From Macrostomum lignano (taxonomy: Eukaryota), in assembly GCA_002269645.1 (NCBI GenBank), contig NIVC01000621.1, positions 1-64,000 on the forward strand: a DNA stretch of 64,000 nucleotides, read 5' to 3'. The stretch's first letter is position 1. Each line of letters opens with the position of its first letter. The notes under the pieces were generated by a model. The model was not told the DNA's origin and ran no database searches. It saw only the letters and a list, made by a program, of their open reading frames with translations. Positions 1-11,857 of this stretch are shown here, one piece after another. The position numbers and the translations under genes were made by a program.

Positions 1-188
1 CGTAACAGCATGTGACCGAGACCGCACTGTCCAGCGACCAATCAGCCTTGTCGCCACCTGATCCCATCAACAAAGCTGATTATACAATTGCTTATCAGCA
101 GCCGAAAGAATTCTCCAACGCATGTACATACGCTGAAGGAGATTAACTACTTAATCCACAGAGGGTCATATTTTTCTCTTGAAAGTTT

Positions 189-877
189 TCAGTACTTCTT
201 GACGAACTTGGTCCAGCTCGGGTCGGTCTCGATGGCGTCGCCGACGCTCGAGTCAGCGAAGTCCAGCATGCGGCAGGCGCCGCTGGCCCGGTTGAACAGG
301 ACGGCCCGGCACTCCCAGCGCTGCACGCAGAGCCACAGGCAGTGAAGCTCCGAGCTCACCGAGGCGTCAGTGTAGCAGTAGACAGGACTGATGTTGCCCA
401 GCCTCAGGAACTCCGCTCGCTCCAGGTACTGGCTGTTCGGCGTCGCGATCGGCTGGCAGACGAATTTTTTGTCCATATTCGCTTCTCTGTCTCGCAAGCC
501 AGCTTTGCTGACAGCTACAAAGTCATCGTCTTTCGTGTGGCTGTTCGGCAAGCCGGACAGCCAGTCGCTGTCATCCAAAGTCGGAAACAGCGAGCCGTTG
601 GCGAATCTCCAACCGCTGCGAGACCTGCCCGCCTCAGCCAGGAGGTCCGTCACTCCGATCAAATAAGTATCAATCCAGTGATTGACAGCTCGGATGGCAG
701 TCAGGTCATCAGCAGCTCTCCGCCGATGCCCAGGCACAGTCTGGCTGCGTCGCACCAGCTGGAAACGCTAGGGTTGTCGCCGATGAAGACGCAGCTGCCC
801 AGCCTGTCGATAAAGGGAGCAACGCAGTGAGCGGAGGCGGTAGCCATCAGCACTGCGACCAGAGCCGGCTGAATCAT
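189..877 (-). CDS. Secreted C-type-lectin-like domain + PAN/apple domain protein, with one -1 frameshift near 710-713
   Basis: ATG at 877 gives a signal-peptide-like start, MIQPALVAVLMATASAHC...GSCVF...WCDAARLCLGIGGELL, which stops at TGA 703-701. Adding 1 nt continues into the 189..755 frame: DDLTAIR...YLIGVTD...GWRFANG...DWLSGLPN...DDFVAV...KKFVCQ (CTLD-like), then HCLWLCVQRWECRAVLFNRASGACRML (PAN/apple Cys pattern). Confidence 0.7.
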
Positions 878-1682
878 TATTCCGAAATTTGTTTTCTAGC
901 CTCTATGCAGGTGCAGTTAGAAACACCAAAGTAACAGGACTGCATTTATTTTAAATCTTTTGCCAATGATGGAAGAGCGTACCCTGCTTATAGTGAGGGA
1001 CTCTTACTGGCTCCTAGATGCCAGTGTGGGATCTGCATATCGGGTTTCATTGGTTGCGCAGTCCTCGGGCCTGTGTTGGGAGGCAGAAATGATTCCGTGT
1101 GGGATGGATACAGAGCTCATTTATGAATGGACTGTTTCATAATCGAAGCTGCTTGCTGAGACTTTGGAGAAACTTTGTGTGGCGATTTGTTATAAATAAC
1201 ACTTTCATTGCTAATTGGCAGCATCGGGAGCGCTACGTTAGAGCAGTTAAAATTTCCGGCTTTGCGCTAAAAACCCTATAAAATTTTATTTAGATGAGGA
1301 CAATTTCGGTTACCATGGCAACGAAGCTTGAGTTTTTTTCAAAATCAGTACCTATAGTATATTAATTTTGTGTAGTAAATATCAAATAGGTTGCGTAAAT
1401 TTTTTTCTCGAAAAATACGTTAAAATCAAGACATAAATAAGAGTCTTTGAATTAATTGTACAAAAAGAAATTCAGATGAAGCTTAAACATCTTGACGAAA
1501 ATAAAATCAAGTGTATTATTTATATTGCTGCAAAACAAATAAATCAGTTTGAAACAAAATAAAGAAGACCAGAAAATCAGAATGAAAAATCAAACATTTT
1601 AAAGTAAGACTTGGAAAATGTTTTTGGATTTTTATCAGCCGATATGTATCGAAAGTAATATTAACGCATTATAAATCTGTTA

Positions 1683-4600
1683 TTAGTCAATCTGGCCGAC
1701 CCATTCGTCGATTTTAAGCACAACCCGGCCGAGACTGGCCGACCTGTTGATGACGAAATCGTGAGCGGCGCCCGCCTCGGCCAGGTGGAACTGGCGGTCC
1801 ACTGTGGGCCGGAGCTGCCCGGCCTGGGGGGGGGGAAGAAGGGATGGGGCGGTATAACTCTGCACTTTTGAAACTTTTGAAGGGTAATGTGCTTAGAGAA
1901 AATCAATAACTTAGACAGCACCGTTGGTTACAAGCAGATTAAAAGGTAAAAGTGGACTAGAGGTAGCTCGTACGTAGAGCAGGTCCATGTTAAGTAAGGT
2001 AGTTTAAAAGGTAGGGTGTTAAGTGGTTGGTAAAGTAAAATCGAAAGTAGGTTGGTTAGTACGTAAGTAAGTAGATAAAAAAGTAGGTTGATACTGTAGG
2101 TAGGTAGGTAGATAGACACGAAATAGGTAGTGTTGGCCTGGCCGTACACCGTTTAACTCTCTGACCCTCAAGTGCACAATGCCTGCCCCCGTCACTCTGC
2201 AGCCAATCAGCTTGCACGCTTCTTGTTTATCTGGCGCTTACCCTTACCCCTACCCTTTTCTTACCCCTAAAACAAATCTACATTGGCATCGCTAGCAGGA
2301 ATGTCTGTGCCTCTACAACTGCCCCACCTGAGCCTTTCGATTACTCAGAAAAAGCTACACAACCTCTCAGCACGGTGGACAGAATGGGCCAACCAATTCA
2401 AGTGCTTTGTGACTGCAAGGGGCATAGCAGATGCAAGTCAACAACGAGAGATTCTAATTTACGTCGGCGGCAAACAGGTGGCTGAAGCGTACGCAGAACT
2501 CACGAGACCAGTGCAAAACAAGCATCTACTCGTCATAGTTTACCATTTCTCCCGGAATCCGATAGTCATCTGTATGTCCTCCATGACAGCCGAGACGGTT
2601 ACCAAGCAGCTTCGGAAGTTATTCTCCACGTTCGGCAGACCAGCGCAGCTCGTCTCAGACAATGGGCCCCCGTTCAGCTCGCAAGCCTTCCACGACTTCC
2701 TCCGCAGCAACGGCGTGTAGCACCGCTCCATGACTCCGTACCACCCGGCAGCAAATGGAGTCACCGAACGCATCAACCGCTCGATTAACAAGATCATCCG
2801 CATCGCAAGCATCAAGAAATCCGACTGGCGGGCCGCACTCGAAGACTGGCTGGAGGCCTACCGCAACACGCCGCACAGCAGCACTGGAGCGACCCCTGCG
2901 GAGCTGATGTTCCAGCGACAGGTGCAAGACTGCATCCCCAGCATGCGGCAGCGCAGCGAGTGCCCAGCACTTTGGCCGCGGTCAGGGCTCGCGACAGCGC
3001 CGCCAAACAACGGATGGCGCGCCGAAGAGCCGCCAGCCACAACGTCAGGACAGGCGACTCGGTGCTGCGCAGGCGGCGCCCTGCCTCCAAAATGCAGACA
3101 CCCTTCGAGCCAGAGCCGTGGGTCGTCGAGGATGTTAAAGGCGACTCCCTCATCCTGCGCAGAGCGCACGAGTCCTGCATGCGCCACATCACGGACCTCA
3201 AGCGCCAGCCGACAACCGACTTCCCGCCACCGTCGCCCACGCCGCCACCGACCGAAGGCAGGCCGAAGTCACCCGAGTCCATCGCGCAGTGGGCTCACCC
3301 ACGTGCGTGTAAAAGCCGACCAATGAGTTTAAACCACTGAGCTAATTGACTGACTTTGCAAGAAACTGACTGATCTTTTTAATTTTACTAGCAAACTGTG
3401 CGCTCCCCATTTTTCGGTCAAGGAGTGTCCCTGCCGGTCTCGTTTTATTTTTTAATCTTCAGCTGCATAGCTTTTAGCTTTTGCTTCAAAGGCCAAATAT
3501 TCGCAAATAATGCTCGTATTTATATTCGAAACTAATGCTCGTGTTTATATTCAAAACTAATGCTCGTATTTATATTCGAAAATAATGCCCGTGTTTATAT
3601 TCGAAAATAATGCCCGTGTTTATATTCGAAACTAATGCCCGTGTTTATATTCGAAACTAATGCCCGTGTTTATATTCGAAAATAATGCCCGTGTTTATAT
3701 TCGAAACTAATGCTTGTGTTTATATTCGAAAATAATGCCCGTGTTTATATTCGAAACTAATGCTTGTGTTTATATTCGAAAATAATGCCCGTGTTTATTT
3801 TCGAAAATAATTCCCGTGTTTATATTCGAAACTAATGCTCGTGTTTATTTTCATAAGCAATGCTCATGTTTGCGTTTATGCTCTAATGGATATTCGTTCT
3901 CACATCCGTATATTTTCATACTATTTACTCACATCCATTCCCCCTGATTCCCACTTCGAAATGTTTACTTAGCTTCCCATTTGCTCTTATCTCCTAACTT
4001 TTATCCGCTTGGGGAAGGATGTTGGCCGTACACCGTTTAACTCTCTGACCCTTAAGTGCACAATGCCTGCCCCCGTCACTCTGCAGCCAATCAGCTTGCA
4101 CGCTTCTTGTTTATCAGGCGCAGCTCCACTTTAAAAGCTGCTTACTATATATATATTAACGAACAAATATATATGTTGGCGCTCAAGGCCGCGCAATGGC
4201 CAAGCCTTTTCTTACCCCTAAAACAAATCTACAGGTACTGGTAGGTAAGTAGACACGTAGGTAGGTTGGCAGCCAGTCAGGTAGATACAAAAGTAGACTG
4301 GTAGGTTAGGTAGGTTGATAAGGAAGTAGGTAGGTAAGTAGATACAAAAGTAGGTTGGAAGGTAGAAACGAAGGTAGGTTGGTTGGTTGGTAGGTAGGTT
4401 GATACGACAGTAGGTTGGTTGGGTGTCAGGTAGATACGAAGGTAGATAGGTAGTCAGATAAGTGTACACAAATGGGCAAGCAGACATAAAAGTGTATGAG
4501 CAGATGCATGTGGTCCGATAAATAGATTCCAAATGAACCCAAGACAGACTGCTCACCTTCAACATCTCGCTGATCAACTTGGCGTACTCGGCCAGTTCAA

Positions 4601-5790
4601 CATCTGTCGACCGGCGCAGGAACACGCCGGTCACGCTGACCTCCTTGGACATCGTCAGGCGCGGATTGAAGTTCAGCGAGCCCGATTGCCGACAATCACA
4701 ATGCGGCCACTAGGTGAAGCCAGTCGACAGTCGGTGGCCAAATTAACGTTGGCCAGCATCTCCACAGTCAGATGGACACCGTCAGTGTCGGCGGTTTCAA
4801 CAGCGATGGCGTCGGCGTAGTCTGGGTCGTGGTGATCGAATGCCATGTTAGCGCCGCAGTCAAGAGCGAGCTGACGGCCTTCCGGACTGCCTGGGGCGGG
4901 TGGGCGTTTTGTGGCGTCACATGACGTTGGCGAGTAAAAAGACTGGGCAAGTGACAGAGCTGGTGTAAATTTAGAGGGGTAGGAGAGCTACAGGGGAAGG
5001 GCTGGTGTACATTTAGAGGGGGTAGGAAAGCTAGGCAGGGGAAGGGCTGGTGTACATTTAGAGGGGGTAGGAAAGCTAGGCAGGGGAAGGGCTGGTGTAC
5101 ATTTAGAGGGGGTAGGAAATCTAGGCAGGGGAAGGGCTGGTGTACATTTAAGCTAAGAAATTAAAATAGCAACTAGCAAGCCAACCAGCAGTCGCCAGCA
5201 CTCGCATGCCCAGATTAGCGGCCAGTTGGCAGCACAGCAGGCCAACAGCGCCGCTGGCGCCGTGTATCAAAACTGTCTGACCGGCGCGAGCGCCGCCGCA
5301 GGTGCGCAGAGCGCGCAGAGCAGTAAAAGCTGGCACGCCTAGACAAGCACCCTCCAGCCAAGAGACATTGTCAGGCAGTCGAAACGTATTGGATTGGCTA
5401 GCTAGCACCAGCTGAGCGTAAGAGCCGCTCACTGTGCCCATTGTGTACACGCGTTCTCCAGTTTTTAGTCGTTTAGGTACGTCTTTGCCGACTGCTACAA
5501 CCTATTGATAAGTTACGATTGAATATAGTTATTTTCGATACGTATCGGCAATGCCCCTGTTTTGAAATTGACTTTACCTCTCCAGCACAGTCGGAACCAG
5601 GAGTGTAAGGCAGCTTTGGCAGTGTAGCATATTGACCAGATCGAATGTATGTTTCAACTGGATTAACACCAGCTGCGAGAGCTTTGATTAACACCTGACC
5701 AGGGCCGGGTGACAGGCTACTAACATCTGCTGAGGCCATTTGCAGCACCGAAGACGGACCAAATTGGCTGACTCTGATACAGTTATACAT
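1683..5790 (-). CDS. CRYZ: Quinone oxidoreductase / zeta-crystallin homolog, 4 exons, with a -1 frameshift at about 4682
   Basis: Exons 5790-5578, 5501-5186, 4890-4557 and 1823-1683 have GT/AG ends and compatible phases. Motifs: AAGVNPVETYIRSG, LPYTPGSDCAG, GQTVLIHGASGAVG, EMLANVNL, NPRLTMSKE, and C-terminal LRPTVDRQFHLAEAGAAH...GRVVL. Exon 3 is 1 nt short (CCC at 4681-4683; CCCC restores GNRGSLNFNPR). Confidence 0.9.
2301..3340 (+). pseudogene. Gag-N/integrase fusion remnant of the LTR element
   Basis: ATG at 2301. Gag-like WTEWANQFKCF...ILIYVGG joins RPVQNKHLLVIVYHFSR near 2502, where the first catalytic D appears as Y. There is a TAG at 2718-2720 and a frameshift near 2960. No protease, RT or RNase H. 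Confidence 0.8.
3500..3855. repeat. Minisatellite, 26-bp unit (AAATAATGCCCGTGTTTATATTCGAA), inside the LTR element 3' region
   Basis: About 13 tandem copies visible. Confidence 0.9.
4960..5147. repeat. Minisatellite, 45-bp unit, about 4 copies, in CRYZ intron 2
   Basis: CTGGTGTACATTTAGAGGGGGTAGGAAAGCTAGGCAGGGGAAGGG repeated. Confidence 0.9.
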
Positions 5791-5890
5791 TTCTGTGTGG
5801 TCTGCGGAGTGTGGCCAAAGCTCGAGTCATGCAATAGCGTTTTCGGTTGCATGGTGAATAAATTCACAAGAAATGCCACATGTCAACAAG

Positions 5891-5962
5891 TCCCTGATGG
5901 TCTAGCGGTTAGGATTCCTGGCTCTCACCCAGGCGGCCCGGGTTCGACTCCCGGTCAGGGAA
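5891..5962 (+). tRNA. tRNA-Glu (anticodon CTC)
   Basis: TCCCTGATGGTCTAGCGGTTAGGATTCCTGGCT-CTC-ACCCAGGCGGCCCGGGTTCGACTCCCGGTCAGGGAA. Acceptor stem TCCCTGA/TCAGGGA, anticodon stem CCTGG/CCAGG, A and B boxes present, and TTTT shortly downstream. Confidence 0.97.
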
Positions 5963-6617
5963 TATAATTTTGCCCCTGTTTAGACCGCTTAATTGCAAAC
6001 AACGGACAGCTCTTTTATCTAACCTAAAAAGCCAATTTTAAAGGAAGTTATCCTTATACTCTAAGGATATAAAAGAACTTAAGGAAAGCGTTACCTTTTA
6101 ATTTTATGAAAACTATTATGCATTTACTTTAACAACTGCATTACTACTATTTTCGATACATATCGGATGTCTCTATCTTCAGTACTGCTGCATATCTTTG
6201 ATGTCTATAATTTTCAATGAATTTGGCTAACTGATCTAAATATAAGCTTTATAACAGTGAGAGAAAAGAAAAACAATATTTGAAATGGGCATTCTGATGT
6301 TAACGTTTTTGACTTTTTTAGTGGGAGCGCGAACTTAATTAATCCAAGCATATTTGGTACAACTGCCCTTAAGTCCCTAACATGCCTCATCTTGGCTAAC
6401 TAGACGCAAAACAAGCGAGCTAAATCGAAACAAATTATAAGATAGTCAAGAAAAAATTGATAAAAAGCTTTTTTTCTGTTTTAGTTGAATATATATCCAG
6501 TAAAATATGTATTTATAAATACAAATAAATCGAAATTACACGTAGTTTATTTTCTCTACTTGCAGTAGAAAGCTAAGCATTTTTTGTAAAAATTGCAAAA
6601 AAGCGCCAAAAAGCCAA

Positions 6618-7162
6618 TCAGTTGGCAGTCGGCAGGCTGAAATTTTCCATCAGAAATTTGTCTAATGCATCCTTTTTATCCGGCGAGAAACTATTTAGCG
6701 GTGCCGGCACTTTCAGCTTGCCGCTAGTCAAGGCGCTCATTACCGCCCGCTTATTGGTGGCGGCCAGTTTGCCCAGTTTGGCCTTTTCCGACTCAGACTG
6801 GGTGGCCAGCCAATCTGAAACGATGGCACGCAGCCGCAGGTCGGCCTGGTGCAGCAGCGACATCGAGCAGACCTCCCGCGCCTCTGCCGCCTGCTTGGCC
6901 GCCAATTCGGGATCCGCCGGCGGCTCGAACGGATTTGCCAGACAGTCTCGGATTAGCGAATGGAGCCGGCCGTTTACGCTGCTGTCCGAGTAGCTGGCAA
7001 CAAATTGGAACGATATGTATCGAACATGTGTTTTTTAGAGTAGAAACTTGTGATTGAAGCCTAATTCTTGTGGTTTTGCGTACGTCTGCCGCCTGCGTGC
7101 CTGCTTGTCTGTCTGTGTGTCTGTCTGTCTGGCTGTCTGTCTGTCTGTCTGTCTGTCTGCCC

Positions 7163-7209
<47 letters not shown>

Positions 7210-7253
7210 GTGTCTGTCTGTCTGCCCTGTCTGTCTGCCCTGTCTGTCTGCCC

Positions 7254-7304
<51 letters not shown>

Positions 7305-7387
7305 GTGTCTGTCTGGCTGTCTGTCTGCCAGTCTGTGTGTCTGCCTGCCCTGTCTGTCTGTCTGTCTGTCTGTCTTTCTCTCTGCCC

Positions 7388-7448
<61 letters not shown>

Positions 7449-7566
7449 GCCCTGTCTGTGTGTCTGTCTGTCTGCCCTGTCTGTCTGTCTGTCTGTCTGC
7501 CCTGTCTGTGTGTCTGTCTGTCTGCCCTGTCTGTGTGTCTGTCTGTCTGCCCTGTCTGTCTGTCTT

Positions 7567-7613
<47 letters not shown>

Positions 7614-7787
7614 GGTCTGTCTGTGTGTCTGTGTGTCTGCCCTGTCTGTGTGTCTGTCTGTCTGCCCTGTCTGTCTGTCTGTCTGTCTGTCTGCCCTGTC
7701 TGTGTGTCTGTCTGTCTGTCTGTCTGTCTGCCCTGTCTGTGTGTCTGTCTGTCTGTCTGCCCTGTCTGTGTGTCTGCCTGTCTGCCC

Positions 7788-7820
<33 letters not shown>

Positions 7821-7916
7821 GGCTGTCTGTCTGTCTGGTCTGTCTGTGTGTCTGTCTGTCTGCCCTGTCTGTGTGTCTGTCTGTCTGCCCTGTCTGTCTG
7901 CCCTGTCTGTCTGCCC

Positions 7917-7951
<35 letters not shown>

Positions 7952-8069
7952 GTGTCTGTCTGGCTGTCTGTCTGCCAGTCTGTGTGTCTGCCTGCCCTGT
8001 CTGTCTGTCTGTCTGTCTGCCCTGTCTGTCTGTCTGTCTGCCCTGTCTGTCTGCCCTGTCTGTCTGCCC

Positions 8070-8128
<59 letters not shown>

Positions 8129-8279
8129 GTGTCTGTCTGGCTGTCTGTCTGCCCTGTCTGTGTGTCTGTCTGTCTGCCCTGTCTGTCTGCCCTGTCTGTG
8201 TGTCTGTCTGTCTGCCCTGTCTGTCTGCCCTGTCTGTGTGTCTGTCTGTCTGTGTGTCTGTCTGCCCTGTCTGTCTGTG

Positions 8280-8316
<37 letters not shown>

Positions 8317-8348
8317 GCCCTGTCTGTCTGTCTGTCTGTCTGTCTGTG

Positions 8349-8393
<45 letters not shown>

Positions 8394-9268
8394 GCCTATC
8401 TGTCTGTCTGTCTGTCTGTCTGTCTGCCCTGTCTGTCTGTCTGTCTGTCTGTGTGTCTGTCTGTCTGTCTGTCTGTCTGTCTGCCCTGTCTGTCTGTCTG
8501 TCTGTCTGTCTTCAAATATGTGTCTTTTATTGAATGCTGATTTATTTACAGTGTCCAGATAAACCCGAAACACGCACAATCAGGCGATATGTATCGAAAC
8601 AACTCACTGTCCAGCGCTGTCCAGAAAGCCGAGATCGCTCTGGCCAAACAGGCAGACAAATTTCTCCCAAGGGTTTCGCTCCGGATTGGGCGCCTCGAGA
8701 CGTTCCCACATCCTGTCAATCACGGCAGGCGGCACCGGCTTGTCTCGAATCGAGTTCACGAGCTTTAGCTGGGCCAGACTGGCCTTCAGGTAGACTGTGC
8801 CGAACCCGCAGCTGTCTGTGACGGTGTGCAAATGAAAACATATCTTTGGGATTTGAATCTCATTTGGAAATGTCATCCCTGGGGATTTAAATTTGATTAA
8901 GTTTTAACTAATTAACTGACTGACTGACTGACTGACTGACTGACTGACTGACTGACTGACTGACTGACTGACTGACTGACTGACTGACTGACTGACTGAC
9001 TGACTGACTGACTGACTGACTGACTGACTGACTGACTGACTGACTGACTGACTGACTGACTGACTGACTGACTGACTGACTGACTGACTGACTGACTGAC
9101 TGACTGACTGACTGACTGACTGACTGACTGACTGACTGACTGACTGACTGATTAACTAACTAACTAACTAACTAATTAACTAACTAACTAACTAACTAAT
9201 TAACTAACTAACTAACTAACTAACTAATTAATTAACTAACTAACTAATTAACTAACTAATTAATTAAT

Positions 9269-9299
<31 letters not shown>

Positions 9300-10094
9300 T
9301 TAATTAACTAACTAACTAATTAATTAACTAACTAACTAATTAATTAAGTAACTAACTAACTAATTAATTAACTAACTAAATAACTAACTAACTAATTAAT
9401 TAACTAACTAACTAAATAACTAACTAACTAATTAATTAACTAACTAATTAACTAACTAACTAATTAACTAACTAACTAACTAAACAACTAACTGAATAAC
9501 TAAACAACTAACAAACTAACTAAACAACTAGCTAACTAATTAAACAACAAACTAATAAATAGCTATCAAAGCTGCAGCTCGGAATCCCACACAGAAAAGA
9601 GCATTTTAACTCAGAAGCTCACAGTGCCTGGCCAGCTGGAACACGGCATGCCGCATGCTGGCATAGTAGAAGTTGTCATCCAGAAGAATCACCCGACCCC
9701 AATCTGCGGGCTTCATCTCAGCTTCCGTCATCAGACCGGTTAAATCCGGCTCTAAAGATGCATCGTCATCATCAGAAAAGTACGTCTTGCTACCGTTCAC
9801 TAATCGGCATAACAATTTATCAAGACTTTTCAACAGAGCCTGACGCGCCAGCTTCCAAGATGAAGCTTCATCGCTATCGTAATTAGCGCCAATCTGCACT
9901 GCAGAGTCTGGCACGAACGAGTCGAACTCAACATGGTGGCATCGAATAGTTGCACTGTCGGGTGCTGAAGCTGCTGGCAGCAGAGGGGAGCGGCACAGAC
10001 TGCTGCACAGGGTGGTTTTGCCGCAGCCAGGCAGACCCATCACAATCAACAGGGCCGTCGTCTGCTGGCCGTCTGGCTTTGCTGTCTGTTGCAT
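6618..10094 (-). CDS. PSTK: L-seryl-tRNA(Sec) kinase, 3 exons
   Basis: Exons 10094-9623, 8815-8608 and 6993-6618 join in frame. Motifs: P-loop [56 protein letters not shown], all recognisable as PSTK family. Confidence 0.92.
7100..8510. repeat. (GTCT)n microsatellite, 1.4 kb, with GCCCT and GT interruptions, in PSTK intron 2
   Basis: Directly visible. Confidence 0.98.
8915..9556. repeat. Compound microsatellite, (ACTG)n then (AACT/AATT)n, in PSTK intron 1
   Basis: Pure ACTG to about 9150, then degenerate AACT. Confidence 0.97.
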
Positions 10095-10103
10095 GGCTGA
10101 AAT

Positions 10104-10429
10104 TTTTTATTATTTTAATTCCTGTATTAGTCAGGCCCTGGTGTAGTTTAAGCGACACTTGTCACTACTGCCCATTCCACCGACGACTCCCCTGGGCAGT
10201 CATGCCCGAAGGCAGACACTCACACAGGAGTGCACAGTGGCCCTGACTTAAATTATCGTTAGGCATGTACACTTCACTGTGCCTTGGGGTTGGTCCTCAA
10301 GGCCGTTAATTGCACGAGCAGAGCTGCAGCCAAGATTCCAATTCAGCCCAAAATTAATGTGACTGCACTTGGAATCGAGCCTGGGTCGCTGGCACATCAG
10401 AGCGCCGCGTTAGGCCATCAGACCACGCC
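10104..10429 (-). mobile_element. tRNA-derived SINE, family 1
   Basis: Minus-strand head GGCGTGGTCTGATGG (A box)...GGCTCGATTCC (B box) and an A-rich tail ending near 10104. A homologous copy lies at 51581-51857. Confidence 0.7.
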
Positions 10430-11169
10430 AAGTCTAAGTTCATGTACGCTGAAAAATGTATGCCTTTTTCTTTGAGTACTTTTTTATAGTTGTGAAGTCG
10501 GGGTGGAAAAAGAGATTAGATGTAAGATAGAGGAGATAGACTCTGAGAAGGTTCAAATGTAAAGTTGGGTGCTCAGGGGACTTATAGACGCAATAGTCGG
10601 CCACGCTATCTGACTCAGCCGCTCTGCTCTGAAAGGAATAGACAGGGAAGATGAGGATGAGTAGGGAGCAGAGATAGACGCAAATATGGCATAATTAGAC
10701 ATGTAAGAGTTGCTGGACTAATTAGATAAATACGCTCGTAACATGCTGAATACACGCACAATAGAAAGAATGTTTAATTAGCATTGAGCAAGTCTGATTT
10801 GATTTGACAGAATGTTGAGCCCAACCCGCGTAGTGTCAGGTTCAACAAATAATTTAGTTATTATATACGAGAGGCAAAGCAAATGCGCTGCAGTGTATTT
10901 CAGATTAAAAACAGGCATTTACGCTCTTAAAACGCAAAAATTGCATTAATACAGATAATTATTACTACGTACCAAACACATAAAGCTTACAAAGGCTAAG
11001 AGATTAGGGCCAGATTATTAAAGAGATCAGGCTGGCCTATGATTCATATATCATAAAAGGTCTATGATTCAAATGGATTAGAGATTTGAGTATCGAGAAG
11101 GTTTGGTGGGAAATCATCCAAGGAGATGGAACAGGAAATTACCAAAAAGGATTAAGGAGAAGATTTTCG

Positions 11170-11550
11170 AGGGGGATTAGTGAGGAGACTATCGAAGGGA
11201 ATTAGTGAGGAGGTTATCGAAGGGAATCAGTGAGACGGGAGATTATCGAAGAGGATTAGTAAGGCAGGATATTATCGAAGGGAATCAGTGAGACAGGAGA
11301 TTATCAAAGGGGATTGGTGAGGAGATTATCGCAGGGGATTAGTGAGGAGATTATCGCAGGGGATTAGTGAGGAGGTTATCGAAGGGAATCAGTGAGACAG
11401 GAGACTATCAAAGGGGATTATTGAGACAGGAGATTATCAAAGGGGATTGGTGAGGAGATTATGCAGGGGATTGGTGAGGAGATTATCGCAGGGGATTAGT
11501 GAGCAGATTTTCAAAGGGGATTAGTGAGGAGATTATCAAAGCGGATTAGG
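11170..11550. repeat. Minisatellite, about 25-bp unit (GAGATTATCGAAGGGGATTAGTGAG)
   Basis: Tandem degenerate copies visible. Confidence 0.85.
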
Positions 11551-11857
11551 GAGGTGACCATATTTTGGGATCAAGAGTTGACTATCGGAAAATTAATTTG
11601 GTAAATTGAAGCAGGACTTAAAAGGAACTAAATTAGCTATAACTAGGCAGTTATAAACAGGATTATCAAAGTCCCACCCAATGCAATTAACTTCTAGAAT
11701 GAAAAAGCCAGCCGAAAAATAATTGCAAAGCACAAATACGGTACAAACAAAAATGCACTGCCGCAAATTACTAGCATAGAATAAAACCGGTTGTGCAAGG
11801 ATCAGTACACGCAGTGTTCCGTAGAAGTGACAATTTATTAATTATTCGGCCCGCTCG

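Larger units (their letters stand above)
2131..4233 (+). mobile_element. Internally deleted, non-autonomous Gypsy-type LTR retrotransposon in CRYZ intron 3
   Basis: TG...CA direct repeats at 2131-2282 and 4020-4233. PBS TGGCATCGCTAGCAGGA at 2284-2300 (tRNA-Ser-like by comparison with known PBS sequences). PPT GGGGAAGGA at 4011-4019. Flanks GGTAG/GGTAC (5-bp TSD, 1 mismatch). A Gag N-terminus is fused to integrase core motifs LVSDNGPPFSS, TPYHPAANGVTER and an SH3-like tail. Confidence 0.88.

Noticed and set aside
1309-1322. Perfect X-box-like palindrome GTTACCATGGCAAC
   Set aside because: It lies in AT-rich, transposon-like DNA between the CRYZ 3' end and the lectin gene, with no supporting ciliary context.
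4675-4690. Programmed ribosomal frameshifting in CRYZ and the other frameshifted genes
   Set aside because: No slippery heptamer or consistent stimulatory structure. Indels in short homopolymers are better explained by error or decay.
7035-8579. Four ORFs of about 500 aa (RQTD and SVCL repeats)
   Set aside because: They are translations of the (GTCT)n array inside PSTK intron 2, which lacks stops in those frames.
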